NCBI RefSeq assembly: GCF_009914755.1
Contig: NC_060935.1
DNA length: 64,000 nucleotides
Origin: the human T2T-CHM13v2.0 reference genome, Homo sapiens
Direction: 5' to 3' (one strand)
The notes under the pieces: generated by a model
The model's database searches: none
Told to the model about the DNA's origin: nothing
Seen by the model: only the letters and a program-made list of their open reading frames with translations
Position numbers and translations under genes: made by a program
Shown: positions 26,135 through 38,300 of the stretch, piece by piece
Numbering within the stretch: position 1 is the first letter of the stretch
Layout of the letters: each line of letters starts with the position of its first letter

Positions 26135-29100
26135 AGGGCTGACTCCTCAGCCAGCAGTTGCCCCACACAGGACTCAGGGGAGGATTCTGCTGGGCCTGGG
26201 TGGCAGGTGGGGCTGGAGTGCTCTTTGGCCTCCCAAGAATATGGGAGTGAGAGAGGCTCTGGGCAGGACCCTGCTGCCCTGCAAACTAGCATCCACACCT
26301 CAGGGCAGGGCTTGGTGTTTTCCAGCTGGGAGGAGGTCAGGCTGCAGGAGGGGATCTGGGAACGATTTGGTAATTAGGCAAGAGGCCTTGACAAGCAGCC
26401 TCCGGGGGGTCCATTCAGGGGGGGCCCTGTGGCCTGTGGTGAGGCTGGCCACTTGCCAGCCCCATCCTCACTGGTCCCCCAAGGCCCCTCTGCTCCTGCC
26501 CCCCACCCCCGCCGCCCCGCCATTCCCCGTCCTTTCTTCTGGCCCCCAGCAGCTCCTGCCAGCACTCCCAGTGCACCAATAGCTCTGACTGAGCAAGGAG
26601 TGGCTGAGGGCTTCATCCCGCTCCAGCCTCAGTCACCGTGGATGGACTCCACAGCCCTGTGAGGCCGGCCCTTCTACTGGCCAAAGGGAAAATGAGGCCC
26701 AGAGAGGGGCTGCACTTTGTCCAAATCCACACAGTGAGGCTGGCTTGGGCCAGCCCTCTCTGCAGCCCCAGAGAGGCCACAGGGCAGCTCTGCAGGTGAG
26801 GGGTACCCGGGTTGCAACCTGCCATGCCCCTTGCTGAGAGGCCAGGGGGTGTGAAGAAACAAGCTACAGAAAAAAGCTGAGGGACCCAGTCAGGACAGGA
26901 GAGGGCGTGGGGAACAGGTGAATGTTGGGGGTCGGTCTCATTGTCCTCAGCTCTGGGAGGGAAAGGACTGAGGTGGGTTATAAGAGGTGGGCAGACATCA
27001 TCCCACCGTCCCTGAATGCTAGAGCCCTGGAAGGGCCCGATGGAGCAGGGAGCTCTTGGCCTCAGCTTCCTGAGTCCTGACCAGCCGCCTGGCATCCCTC
27101 ATCCCGGTACCGCCTCACCCCTCCCCTGAGCAGCCCTGGCTCTGAGCTGCCATCCACCCTGGTCTTGAACAGAAAAGAGGTGTGTGGGCTACCCCGACTC
27201 CTCCCAGTGCCCAGGGAGGGCCCCTCCTCAGGCGTCCCACCCTGGCAGTGGGGATGGCAGGCGGGAGGTTCTGCAGGGGGTGGTTGTCAGGGCCTGCACA
27301 CTTGGGCTGGACCCACTGACACTGCGCTGACCGCCAGTGGTGCCAGGTCCTGTGCTGAACCCTCACAGGCATTCTCATATAATCACCCTAAATGGAGGCA
27401 CAAGATGTGGCAACCAGTATCCCCGTCTCAGTCTTGACTCAGAGAAGCTTCGAGACAGAGACATACCCAGGAAGTCATCTGGTAGGTGGCAGGGCCAGAT
27501 GGTCAGTAGGCCCCTCTGACCCCAAAGCCATGATTCCTCCCTACCCCCAATCCCCATCCTGCACTGCCTCCCATGGTGTGGCATGACCTGGAAATGAGGT
27601 ATGATGTGGGTGGGTGCCCACAGACAAGCCAGGACAGGGGATTCAATCCATTCTGAAGAGGAGTCGGCCTAAGCGAAGGGAGTGGCTTCCATGCCCAAGG
27701 CAGGTGTGGAAAACAAGGCGTGGGGGGTGGCAGTGGGAGGAGGAAGAGGAAGAGGAGGAGAGGGGCCAGACCTCGAATGCCAGGGTGAGAAGTGGGTTGC
27801 ACTCCAGACCAGCAGCTCCTCGAGGCCAGGGTGCCATGTCGTGACGCTGCCCCACACCGCTCAGAGCCCCACACAGGACAGGTGCTCCCCAAATCCCTGA
27901 GGTTTGTCCAGAGAACAGCCATTTCTCCAGGGGGCCCTGCGAAGTCACGAGGCCAAAAGGCCCCCAGCCCGCTTCCCGGTGAAAGCATTTGGTGGTGCCT
28001 GTGCTGGCGCCCTACCGGTCGGGGTGGTTGGGTGGGAGGCAGTCGGGGTTGAAGGGGATCTTCCCTCTCAAGCACCCCTGTCTTGTGCCTGCCTCTGCTC
28101 CCGTGCCAGCTCCAAAACAATCCCAGATGCTTCTGGCATCACCAGAGCCTTCAGAGTAAGGGAGGGCCTCCTCTCTCCCCTGGAGCCTCTGGCCACAGCA
28201 TGCCCTCTGTACCCACCCGTGGTCAGACCCAGGTCTCGCCCAGATCTTTGAGCAGCCGATTTGTGTTCTCCCAACCCTTCATCTGGTAGCCAGATCCTCT
28301 GGCCTGGGTGGCGGCGGGGGTGGGGGGTCCTCCCCTTTCTCCTGAACCCCTTCTTGGCCCAGGGAAAGCACGACTCCCCTGGTGTCTGAGCCCGGCATTT
28401 GGAGCCCTGGGCTGGGCAGCCAGCATCCAGAGCCAAGAACCACAGGCTCACCGGAGTGCAGGGCCTGGGAACCGCTCACCCACGGAGGTGATGTGGAATC
28501 CGTCCGTGCCCCCCTCGTTGTGTGTCAGAGTGATTTATGGGCAGATGCTGAGAGAAGAGGCTGAGGAAAATAAGCCTTGCCAGCTGCCAACCTGTCACAG
28601 ATCGGGAGAGAGGGAAAGGGCCGAGCTGCTTCATGACCTCCAGCAGGCTCCTTCCTTCTCTGGGCCTCTTCTGCCTCTGAAATCGGGGTCTGAAAGCCAG
28701 CCCCAAATCACAGACTTGCCAGAAGGATCAAGTGAGAAGTTGGCCGTCAAGCCCCTAGCGCAGAGCCTGGCACAAAACAGGTTGCACCCCTGCTCCAAAC
28801 CTGCAGTGGCTCCCACGCTCCCTCAGTCTGACCCTCGTCCCTCACTGACATCATCTCCGGCCCCCATGGCTCTGGGGTTTACAAGAGCCGCCATCTGCAT
28901 TGCGAGGTCTTCCTGGACCACTGAAATAGACTAGAATCCTTCCGACCAGTACTCTCTACCCTGTTAAGGCTGTTTTTATTAAGTTTTTCCTTAATATTGG
29001 CCACCACTTGATTAAAAAAAAAGTCCCAAGTGTTACTTATTTGTTATTATTCTTCTCAAATAGAGTTTCATTTCCGGGGGGGGCAGAGGATTTTATCTCA

Positions 29101-30122
29101 TTTATTTACTGCGGAATCCCTAGAACAGAGCCTAGAACAAAGTAGATGTCCCAGAAACGTGTAGATAGGCAAGAAGAAGGGAGAGGCATTGGGACTTCAG
29201 AAAGGGAATGTGTGAGTGGCAAAGCCAGGGATTGTCCAGGGGGAGTGGCACCTGGACGGGGGTTTGGTATCTACCAGGTGCAGGAAATGCTCTCTAGTCT
29301 GGGCGTAGCCAAGCGCCTGAGGACAGGCATGGCCCGAGTGGACACAGGAAGGTGGAGGCTGGGCTGGTGAAGAGGAGACAGAGCAGGCCCGGAGGGGGTA
29401 CACGCCAGGTTGGGGCTACACAGCAGACAGCTGGCTATGGCAGGCAGGGCCGAAAACTACAATGTATTCCCCATGTAATTTTTAAAAGATTATGGGTCGC
29501 TTAAAAGAAAGGATGCTACAGCGGTCTTAAATAATACTCCTAGAAAGAGCAGGAAGTGGCTCGACCACCACACAGTCACCTGTGTAATGGCTGTGATTAA
29601 GATGAAGTTTAGCTCTGAACTTCCTGGAAAGCACAGCAATAAAAGAAATAATGATGCATCACATACTTGGCATTGTCTGACGGAAGAAGGCATGCCAGCT
29701 CTTTAGGAAACCCTTCCCCAGAGCCCCGCCTGCCACCCCAATGCTAAATTCTAAGTGTAATTTATCAAGTGGTTTAGCTGGTAGAGAGGGAAGAGGGGAA
29801 GGCACTGAAGGAGACTCTGAGAGTCAAGGGCTGTTCTAGAACCATCATTTGTCCATCACTGTACACTTTGGCGATGGGTCCTGTGTTACTGTGGATGTAT
29901 CAGCAAGATGTGGACTTAGAGATGTGAAGTCACTGGACAAGGCCACGCAGCTAGTAAGGGGAGTTTCTCCGATTCAAACTGAGGACCGTCTATCTTGAAG
30001 GCTGAGGAAAGTGGTAGCCATGGTGGTGTGCCCAGGGCTGAAGGAGGGGAAGTGAGGGGATGGGGTGATGAACAAGCACCCTTGGTCTGGGCGAAGGGAA
30101 TCTGTGCAGGAGACTCCTGGAG

Positions 30123-30395
30123 CCATCCACTCATCCATCCATCCACCCATTCCTCCATTCATCCGTCCATCTGTCAGGCTGTCCATCTGTCCATCCATCC
30201 ATCTAACCATCCGTCCATCCATTCATCCATCCATCCATCCATCCATCCATCCATCCATCCATCCATCCATCTATCCAACCATTCATCTATCCATCCATTC
30301 ATCCACCCATCCATACATGGAAGCATTAATTTTTCCCTGCGTCAGTGTGTTCATCCACCTACCCATCCATGTTTATCCATGCATTATTCATCCAG
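30123..30395. repeat. (CATC)n microsatellite, degenerate
   Basis: Long run of ATCC/CATC units. Confidence 0.95.
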
Positions 30396-31339
30396 TAGTT
30401 CAGCCACACATACCTCAAGTGATTTGGGAAAATTAGGCACGAACCCTCCAGCCCAGCAGTTCATCTTCAAGACCAGAAAGGATGACAGAGGTCATGTGGT
30501 CAGGCAGGTGACCACTGAAATCCCAGAGGAAATGAGCCCCTTCAAGAATCTCCCTGCCCCCCCTGGCTTGGCCCCTCCCGCCTGTGGACCATCTGGATGG
30601 CCACACCGCAGGTGAGAGGTTGGAGGAGAGTGGGACCTCACAGGGAGCGATCAGGGTCAGGCCTGGCCGTGTGCACAGACCAGGGGCAGCTGGGAAGAGC
30701 AGGGTGGGCCTGGGTCCACTAAGGAGGGGCTCTGGGGAGTCTCCCAGGGAACCCGCAGTTCTTCCAGGCAAGAGCCTGGCTCCAGTGGGAGCAGCTGTGA
30801 GGGTGGAGTCCCAGGGAAGGACCCTCAAGCCTGGGTGCAGGAGGGGTTCCTAGAGCCCTCAGATCACACCGGGGGTTGGGGGGTGTTGAACCTCTTTGCA
30901 GACAGAGCAGAAAGGAGCAACTGGAACACCGGTAATGTTGGGGAGAACGGGCCCCTTGGCTGGGAGGGCATCTGCTGTCTCCAGCACCCTGGCACAGAGC
31001 GGATCACAGTCTGGGGTGCTGGTGGAGAAGACAGACGGCCCTGCTGTCACTTCACGTCTGGTGTCTCATCTGCCCCTCACCCACAAGGTGTGCTTGGCTA
31101 TGGCCATGTGAGAGGAGAGGAGACAGAGGTGCAGAGGGGCTCAGGAGTGCGCCTGTTTCCCAGGATCCCCCCCAGGTCGACCCGGCCCCTGTGAGCACCA
31201 GATGCTGGTGAGGAGCTGGCTCCCCTCCTCCCAGCCAGCCCAGTGAGGGGTGACTTGGACCCCCCGCAGATTCAGCTGTTACCCCAGCCTCATTTTCCAC
31301 CCCATAAAATGGACCATGGGGCTGGGGGTGTAGGGCACA

Positions 31340-32308
31340 CCTGGAGCTAGGCTTGATCCTGCAGGCAGTGGGGAGCCACAGAGGGTGTCGGGCAGGAGGG
31401 TGGTGAGGCCGGGGCCTGTGCTCCAGCAGTGCCGCTCAGTCTCTAGCCTGCTCCCCAGAGTTTCCAATTCGGTAGGTCTGGGGTGGGGCCTGAGGGACTT
31501 AAGCAGGTGCTGGGGTCACCATTCCTGGGGTGGTGGTGGGAGAGGCAAGTGGACAGAACGGGAGCCCTGGAGTGAAGGGCACTGTGACCTTGACCCAGGG
31601 GCCCCTGAGCTGCAGCAAGGGGCTGCCTCTGCCCCCTCCGGCCACATGGAGAAACAGAAGCCCACGGGGCAGGAAGGCCCACAGTGAAGCAGGGGTGGGA
31701 GGACCCAGAGATGATCTAAACCAGCTGGGCTCAGTTTAGAAGATGTAGCCCCTTGTCTCTGCAGCCAGACTCTCTTGTTCTTTCCATCTCAGCATTTACT
31801 GAGGCCTTCCCTGGGCCAGCCCTTGTATGAAACTGAAACAAGCAGGACCACACAGGGTGACTAGAGCTGTCCCAGAGGGAGCCCAGGGTGCCGTGGGTAC
31901 TAATTTGGGGCCTCTGCCTGGAGAAGTCAGGGAGGACTTGCCACAGACGGTGGTGAAGGATCATCGACGTTTCCAGGCTGCCCAGGGACAGGCAGGAGGG
32001 ATGGAGACACGCAAGAAGACAGCCACGTGGGGAGTGTGGGCTACAGGGCGGTGGCTGGGAAGGAGTGCAGGGCGCTTGGGTGCAGAGAGGAGCAGGCTAG
32101 GAGGGGAGAGTCCAGAGCAGGTTGGTGGCCAGACCGGGGGGCTCCATGCCAGCCTGGAGCTAGGCTTGATCCTGCAGGTAGTGGGGAGCCACAGAGGGTG
32201 TCGGGCAGGAGGGTGGCGAGGCCGGGGCCTGTGCTCCAGCAGTGCCACTCAGTCTCCAGCCTGCTCCCCAGAGTTTCCAATTCGGTAGGTCTGGGGTGGG
32301 GCCTGAGG
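31340..32308 (+). repeat. 156-bp direct repeat pair (31340-31495 and 32153-32308)
   Basis: 152/156 identical by hand alignment, offset 813 bp. Confidence 0.95.
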
Positions 32309-35300
32309 ATTTGCATAATGCGGGGGCAGGGGGGAGACGCTAAAGCAGGTGGGGAACGATAGCACTTCCCATTCATGGAGATAGGAACCCAGAGGGGCTC
32401 AGGACTGGGGGATGAGGAGAGGAGGTTAAATCTGAGGCCCTCAGCAGGAATCAGATCCCTGTGGTGTCAAACTTCCGCCAGGTTTGAGACTGGAGAGATG
32501 TCTGGCTGTAGAGGAAAAGGCGAGGAACCTGGGATACAACTGGTCCCTGCCCCAACCCAGGAGGGGGCCCCTTGCAGGCCTGCGGCCGAGGATGGCTCCC
32601 TCCTCCAGGAACCCAAAGGCACCACCACCTCAAGCTGCCATTGCCTAGGGGGACCAAGATTGAGACCAGGACTCTGCAGTCAGACCTGGACCTGAGTCTA
32701 GTCGCCTACTGCTCTCTGTGACCCTGGGCAAGTCCCACCACCCCTCTGAGTCCTGGTTTCCCGTCCAAAATAGCTAAAACAGTACCTGCCTTACCGAGCT
32801 GTTATGAGGGTGGGGGATGGGAAAGTCCTGGGTTAACTGTACACCCCTGGACATGCACATGTTGCTATTATTGTTATTATTATTATTGGAAAAGGGAGCC
32901 TAGTGGGAAGATATGATGTCTCACCCCCAAGGAATTATAAATGGTGGAATTTCTGGCACCATAACAGGTTTGTGCAAAAAATCATTTGTGATGGGGGCCC
33001 TAGGACACTGGGGGGCTCATGGTCCTCTGTGATGTGGCTCCTGGCACAGGGCCTGAGGCAGGGCCACTGGGCCAAGATCTGAGCTTTGCTCCCTTCCACA
33101 CAGACTAAATATTTGTGTTGCTCCTCCCCCAGCTTGCCAGGACCCAGGCCCCTCTCTGGTAGGGAGAGGGGAAGACCATGCTTCAGAGGGCAAAGCAGGC
33201 GAGGGTGGCGGGATTGATTACAACAGGCCCTGCTCGGCCCAGACCCCACAGCCCCCCAGCCCCTCGGAGGCCGGAGCACAGCCAGGGAATCTGCCTCTGA
33301 CACACAGCGGGACTGGGGGCAGCCCTGCCCCTCTGGGCCTTAGTTTCCCCATCTGTAGAGTGGGGTTGAGGCCAGGAGAGTTGGAGAAGCTGACTTCCAA
33401 GGTCTTTCTGGTTCTCTCTCCAGTGACTGAGGCTTCCCTGAGCCTCCAGCCCTTAGTGAGCAGAGGCGAAGGGGACCTGTAAAATGGGACAATCCCTCTC
33501 GAGCTGAGAGGTGGGAGGACCCAGCAACGACAAGGATGGATGCCCTAGGGAGATGGGAGGCCTTGGAGTGGTGGCGTCAGGCTTACATGGAAGCACCCTC
33601 AAATGCCACTAATTCTCCCTCCTCCCCAACATAATACACACTGCAGCCATTTGTAAGCACCTGGTCTGTGCCTAGCATCATGGCAGGGGCTATCACAGGA
33701 GGCCAGGCCTCCAGCTCCCCAGGCAGTGGGGGTCCCATGGAAACAGCCTGATGGGACCAGCCACGAGGGTAGGCAGAGCAGTGCCTGAAGAGGAGCCCAG
33801 GTGCCAAATCCTGGCATCAGGATCTTCATGCTGATCATTTACAAGACCTCGACTCTGCCACAGGCCATCCCAAGCCCTTAACCTTACCTGCTTCTCTCAA
33901 CATCCCAGAGAAGGGAGGACTGGCCTGGTCCCTATTTTAAAGATGAAAAAACAAAGGCACCGGTCACCCAGGGATTAAATGGTAGAGCTGGGCCTGGTCT
34001 GGCTCCGGAGTCACCCACAGTACCTGTTTCTTCAGTAGTAATGATGCCACGTCCTACTCACAGGATATGTGAGTGGCTATGCCAGCAGGAGCCGTGTGTG
34101 CCCTGTGCGTAGGGCCTCGGAAGTTCTCAGTAAGGGCTGGTTGTGTGCTTGTTACCACAGCAGGGGCTCAGCTGCAGGCCAAGGGCGAGGCTTCCATAAT
34201 CCCAGGCAGGTGAGTCTGGGGCTGCTGCTGTGAATGTTTCTTAATCAAGGTGCCTTCCAGTAGTGCCCCTTTGCAAGCTCCTTCCAGAGATCAGCCGTCC
34301 TGCCTCCAGCAGCCAGGCCCTTGCAGGGAGCCAGGTCCCCAGGCAGAGGTGTGGGGCTGTGGCCTTTGCAACGCGTGCTGCAACCCTTCCATGGGACCAG
34401 GGCCTGGAGAGCTCTGAGTGAGACCCCCCAGTGCACCCTTGCACCAAGGGCAGCCCCCAGCACACAAGAGGTGCTCAGGAAACATGGATGTCGTGAGAGG
34501 GCAGGAAGGCCTTCAGCACAGGGCCAGGCATCTCTGCGGGCCTCTGAAGTCGGAACCACTGGGAGCCAGCACCCATCAGGAGCAGGCTTCTTGTCCCAGT
34601 TCCCTTGTCTGTAAGTCGGGGTTAGCCTGGGGAAAGATGGGGTCTGGGGGCCCACCACTCACCAGTGAGCAGCATCCTTCAAGAGGCACACATGTCCCAC
34701 CTAGAGCCTGGACCTGAGCCCCAGCCTCGGGCCTGGGGGTCCACCAGCCCCTCTGGTATGGGCCCTTGCTGCCTTGGGCTTCTGCTGTGTCTGTGGACCA
34801 GGCCTGGGTCGGGTTTTTGGGGGACAGCAGGAACAGATGGTGTCCTCGCAGGCCCTGGTCCACCAGCATCTGCAGTCCCAGGACCACACGAGGTACGGGT
34901 AGGGTGCTGTAAGGGGCTGGGGGACTCGATGGTGGGGCCGGGCCCTCTCAGAGGCCCACAGTCTCCTGGGAGAAGGGCTGCAGGGCTGCAGTGCTTCGTC
35001 AGGAAGGGCAAAGCCTCCCTCTGCTCGCGCTCCATTCCGGCCTTCAGAGGAGCCCTGTGTGAGGGCAGGGCTGCGCTTCACCCCTGCAGAGCCCTCCTGT
35101 GCAGGTCCCCTGGGATCCCACAGAGCTGGGCTTTTCCAGAAACCGGAAGGCCCCTGCGAGTGTGTCTCCTGAAGAGCCCTTGCTCTCCTCACCCCGACCT
35201 TGGCCACACTGTCCTCTGCCTCGGTGTCCCCCTCCAGTCCAGCCAGGCACTGCTCTTCCTCCTTCTGTATCCAGCTGCAGCACCCATGGGGCCTTCCCTG

Positions 35301-38300
35301 GGAGGGCTACCCTGACTCTATCCCCTTGCCCCTGGCCCTGGGCCCCCAGCCCACTTTGCTCACCCCTCAATTACAGTCTCTTACCCAGACTCTTGGGGCT
35401 TTGGGGCCCTGAGGGCTGGAGCCATTTAGCCTCAGCTCTTACACCCCAGCATCTGCAGAGGCTGTCTCGGTGGAGGTTTGTTGACTGACTGTGTCACTGA
35501 ATTATTCTTTAATCACAGTGGCTACCAGTGGATAACTCTTACTATCTATCTGCTGAGTGCTTGATGTGCATTACCTACTTTGAGCCTTACAACAAGACAA
35601 AGAGGTGGGTCCTGCCATTCATCCTGCTTCACAGATGAGCAAACAGGGACTCAGAAAGCTGAAGTAACTCACGGCCAGCAAGGGCAGAACCAGGAGCCAC
35701 AGTCAGGCCTGTGCCTGTAACACATGGTCCTCCCCAGCCCCTCCCGCAGCAGAGTCATCTCTCCTTGGTGCTCTTGGATCAGAGGGTGCCCAGGTTACCT
35801 GTCCCTCACCCACAGCAGGTGTGTAGTCTAGGAGCTGGAGCTGGCTTACCTGTGTCCCCAGCCTGCAGCACAGGGCAGGGCATGGAGCCCAAGTTCAGGG
35901 GAGCTTTGGGGAAGGAATGGCAGGTTGTATAACAGGCACAACCCACCTAGCTCTGGCTGGGCCTGGTCAGCCAGGCAGGGTGCTGGAGACTTTACACACT
36001 TGACCTCTCCCGAGTGTCAGGACAAGCTGTGTTCACCCTCATTTTACAGCCAAGGAAAGGGAATTGGGGGTGCTGTGATGTGTTCAGGGTGACTCAGCTT
36101 GGAAGGGGCAGTGCAGGGTTAAAACCCTGTCTGTGTGGCTCTGACAGGCCGTGCTCCTGCCTGCTACCCAGGACAGCCTCCCGCAGAGTTCCTGCATTTC
36201 ATGTGTGTTCTGGAGAGAGAGAGAGGGTGGGGTGGGTGGGTGTGGGGGTGTTGGCATGGGAGGTACGCTGTGTATGTGCAGGAGGTGGTGGGGTCTGTTT
36301 TTCTTTGCTCCTAAATGGATTTTACACCATGCCTGGGCTTTGGCCTACACAGGAAGTGTTGATCATCATTCCGGAGAATCTGGATCAGCCCCTGGTGCCG
36401 ATGGAGTCTCTGTTTGCTGCGAGAGAAGCCCCCAGGGGCTTGCAGGTCCACCCAGCAAGACAGCAGGAGGGAAGGACAGCAACTGCCAGGAGGGAACAGC
36501 CTCCAAACCGACCCAGATGTCACCTGGAGCACGGAGCCCCATCACAGGCCTGCAGGAAGACCATCCAGGATGAAGAGCCAGGCCCCAGGAGCTGGCTTTG
36601 GATCAGAGGGTGCCCCGGTTACCCATCTCTCACCTGGGATGTCTAGGGAAAGGCCAGGGCTGAAGAGAGCCAGGGTCTGCCTGCAGTGGCCTCCTGCCTG
36701 CTGCTCCCACTCTGCCTTGGGTCAGATGGGACTGGAAGAGAGGGCAACCTCCGGGGGAGGGGACGTGGGGAGGCAAGGATGGTGTAGATGCAAGAAAAGA
36801 GAAATCTTGCACTTCAGGTGCAGAAAGCCATGGCAGACAGTTCTGGAGTCTTCAAGTACTAGGCATGATGGACTCGTAGTGTCTCGAGTCCAGTGTCCTG
36901 AGATCGCAGGGCCGTGGAATGGTTCGGAATGGAGGACCAGACTCTAGGAAAAATGGACTCTGGGAATCTTGAGTGTGAAGGAGGCTCCGAGGTAATGACA
37001 TCTAACGGGCTATTGTCCCTGCAGCCCTCAGGCAGCCTCCTACTCCACCACCTTCTTGAGGACCGCATGCTTTTGTGGATGCGCAGACAGTGGAGACATA
37101 AAATAAATACTCCGATTTGAACGGCATCTGTGCCCAGGCGCACTGGAGGCTGGGCCTCTGGCAAGCTCTTGCCTTCACCTGCCAGCCTGAATGGGGGTGT
37201 CTGGGATGATTGTCCTGATCAGCCACGTCCTCCTCTTGCTCCTCCCCCATCACCCACCCCGGGCTCCCTGCCCCAGCGCTCCAGCCCCTCTGCTGGCGCC
37301 CAGCAGGTAAGACAATGTGGACCAAGGGGCCGGTAAGGAGACTGTCTTCAGCAGCCACAAGCCTGGGGAGCAGAGCGGATATTGATTTGGTATATGGGAG
37401 CAAAGGGACCATTAAACGTGCGGCTGTTAAATTGCTCTGCCTGGAGCCAGCCAGCTCTGCGGGCGGGCGGGTGGCCTGGCGGGCAGGCGGCGGTCAGACC
37501 AGTCGGCTGCTAGTGCCCTGTTGGGGGTGGTCTTGGATACCTGGCAGGACCCAAGGCAGCCTGGCTTGGATCCTTGCTGCCCTGGTGCCCACAGGCCCCT
37601 GAGCTCCAGCCATACCCACCTCTTGGCCTCCTCTGAGCATACTTTGCTGCCATGGCTGTTCTCACACAGACCCCTCCACATCACCTTCTTCTCCATCTCT
37701 TAAAATCCTGCCCCACTTTCCAGACCCAATGCAAATGGCACCTCTTCCATGAAATCTTCCTGATTTCCCACTCCTTACTCCCAGTACCCAGAAAGGAGTA
37801 GGCCTTCCCTCTCCAAATCCCCAAAGCCCCAGGGCTCTGCCTGTCTTCGGCCTCCTGTCTTCTCTGCTATAATAACTAAGAGTTGTGGGCCCACTGAAGA
37901 GGACACCTGAGCTTCATGTGCTCCCCCGTCCCTCGCGCCAACACACACACAGGTGAGGCCTGGGCGGCCAGGCACACAGGCGATGCTGAGCAGCTCACCT
38001 GAGGAGGGCAGGGCGGGAACGTGTTAGTTGAGCTGTGGCCTGATCCTGATGGGCAGCTCCTTCCTGGCACCTGCGCCTGGACTGCGCTTCCCAGGCCCTG
38101 CAACAGATGTCAGGAACTGCTCAGTCTTGAATTGTTCCCTGTTCCTCTCTTGCAATGCCCTCCAGCGGCTCCCAGTCAAAACCCCCACTCAGTCACAGAC
38201 CACCTTCATCCCTGGGATGCATGTTGTGGAGGCTGAGACAAGCCCAACAGTTGGAGCCAAGCAGTCCGAGGTTTGAATCTCAGCTCCTCCACTAATTATT

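Noticed and set aside
29995-30615. 206-aa ORF with IHPS repeats
   Set aside because: It is a translation of the (CATC)n microsatellite.
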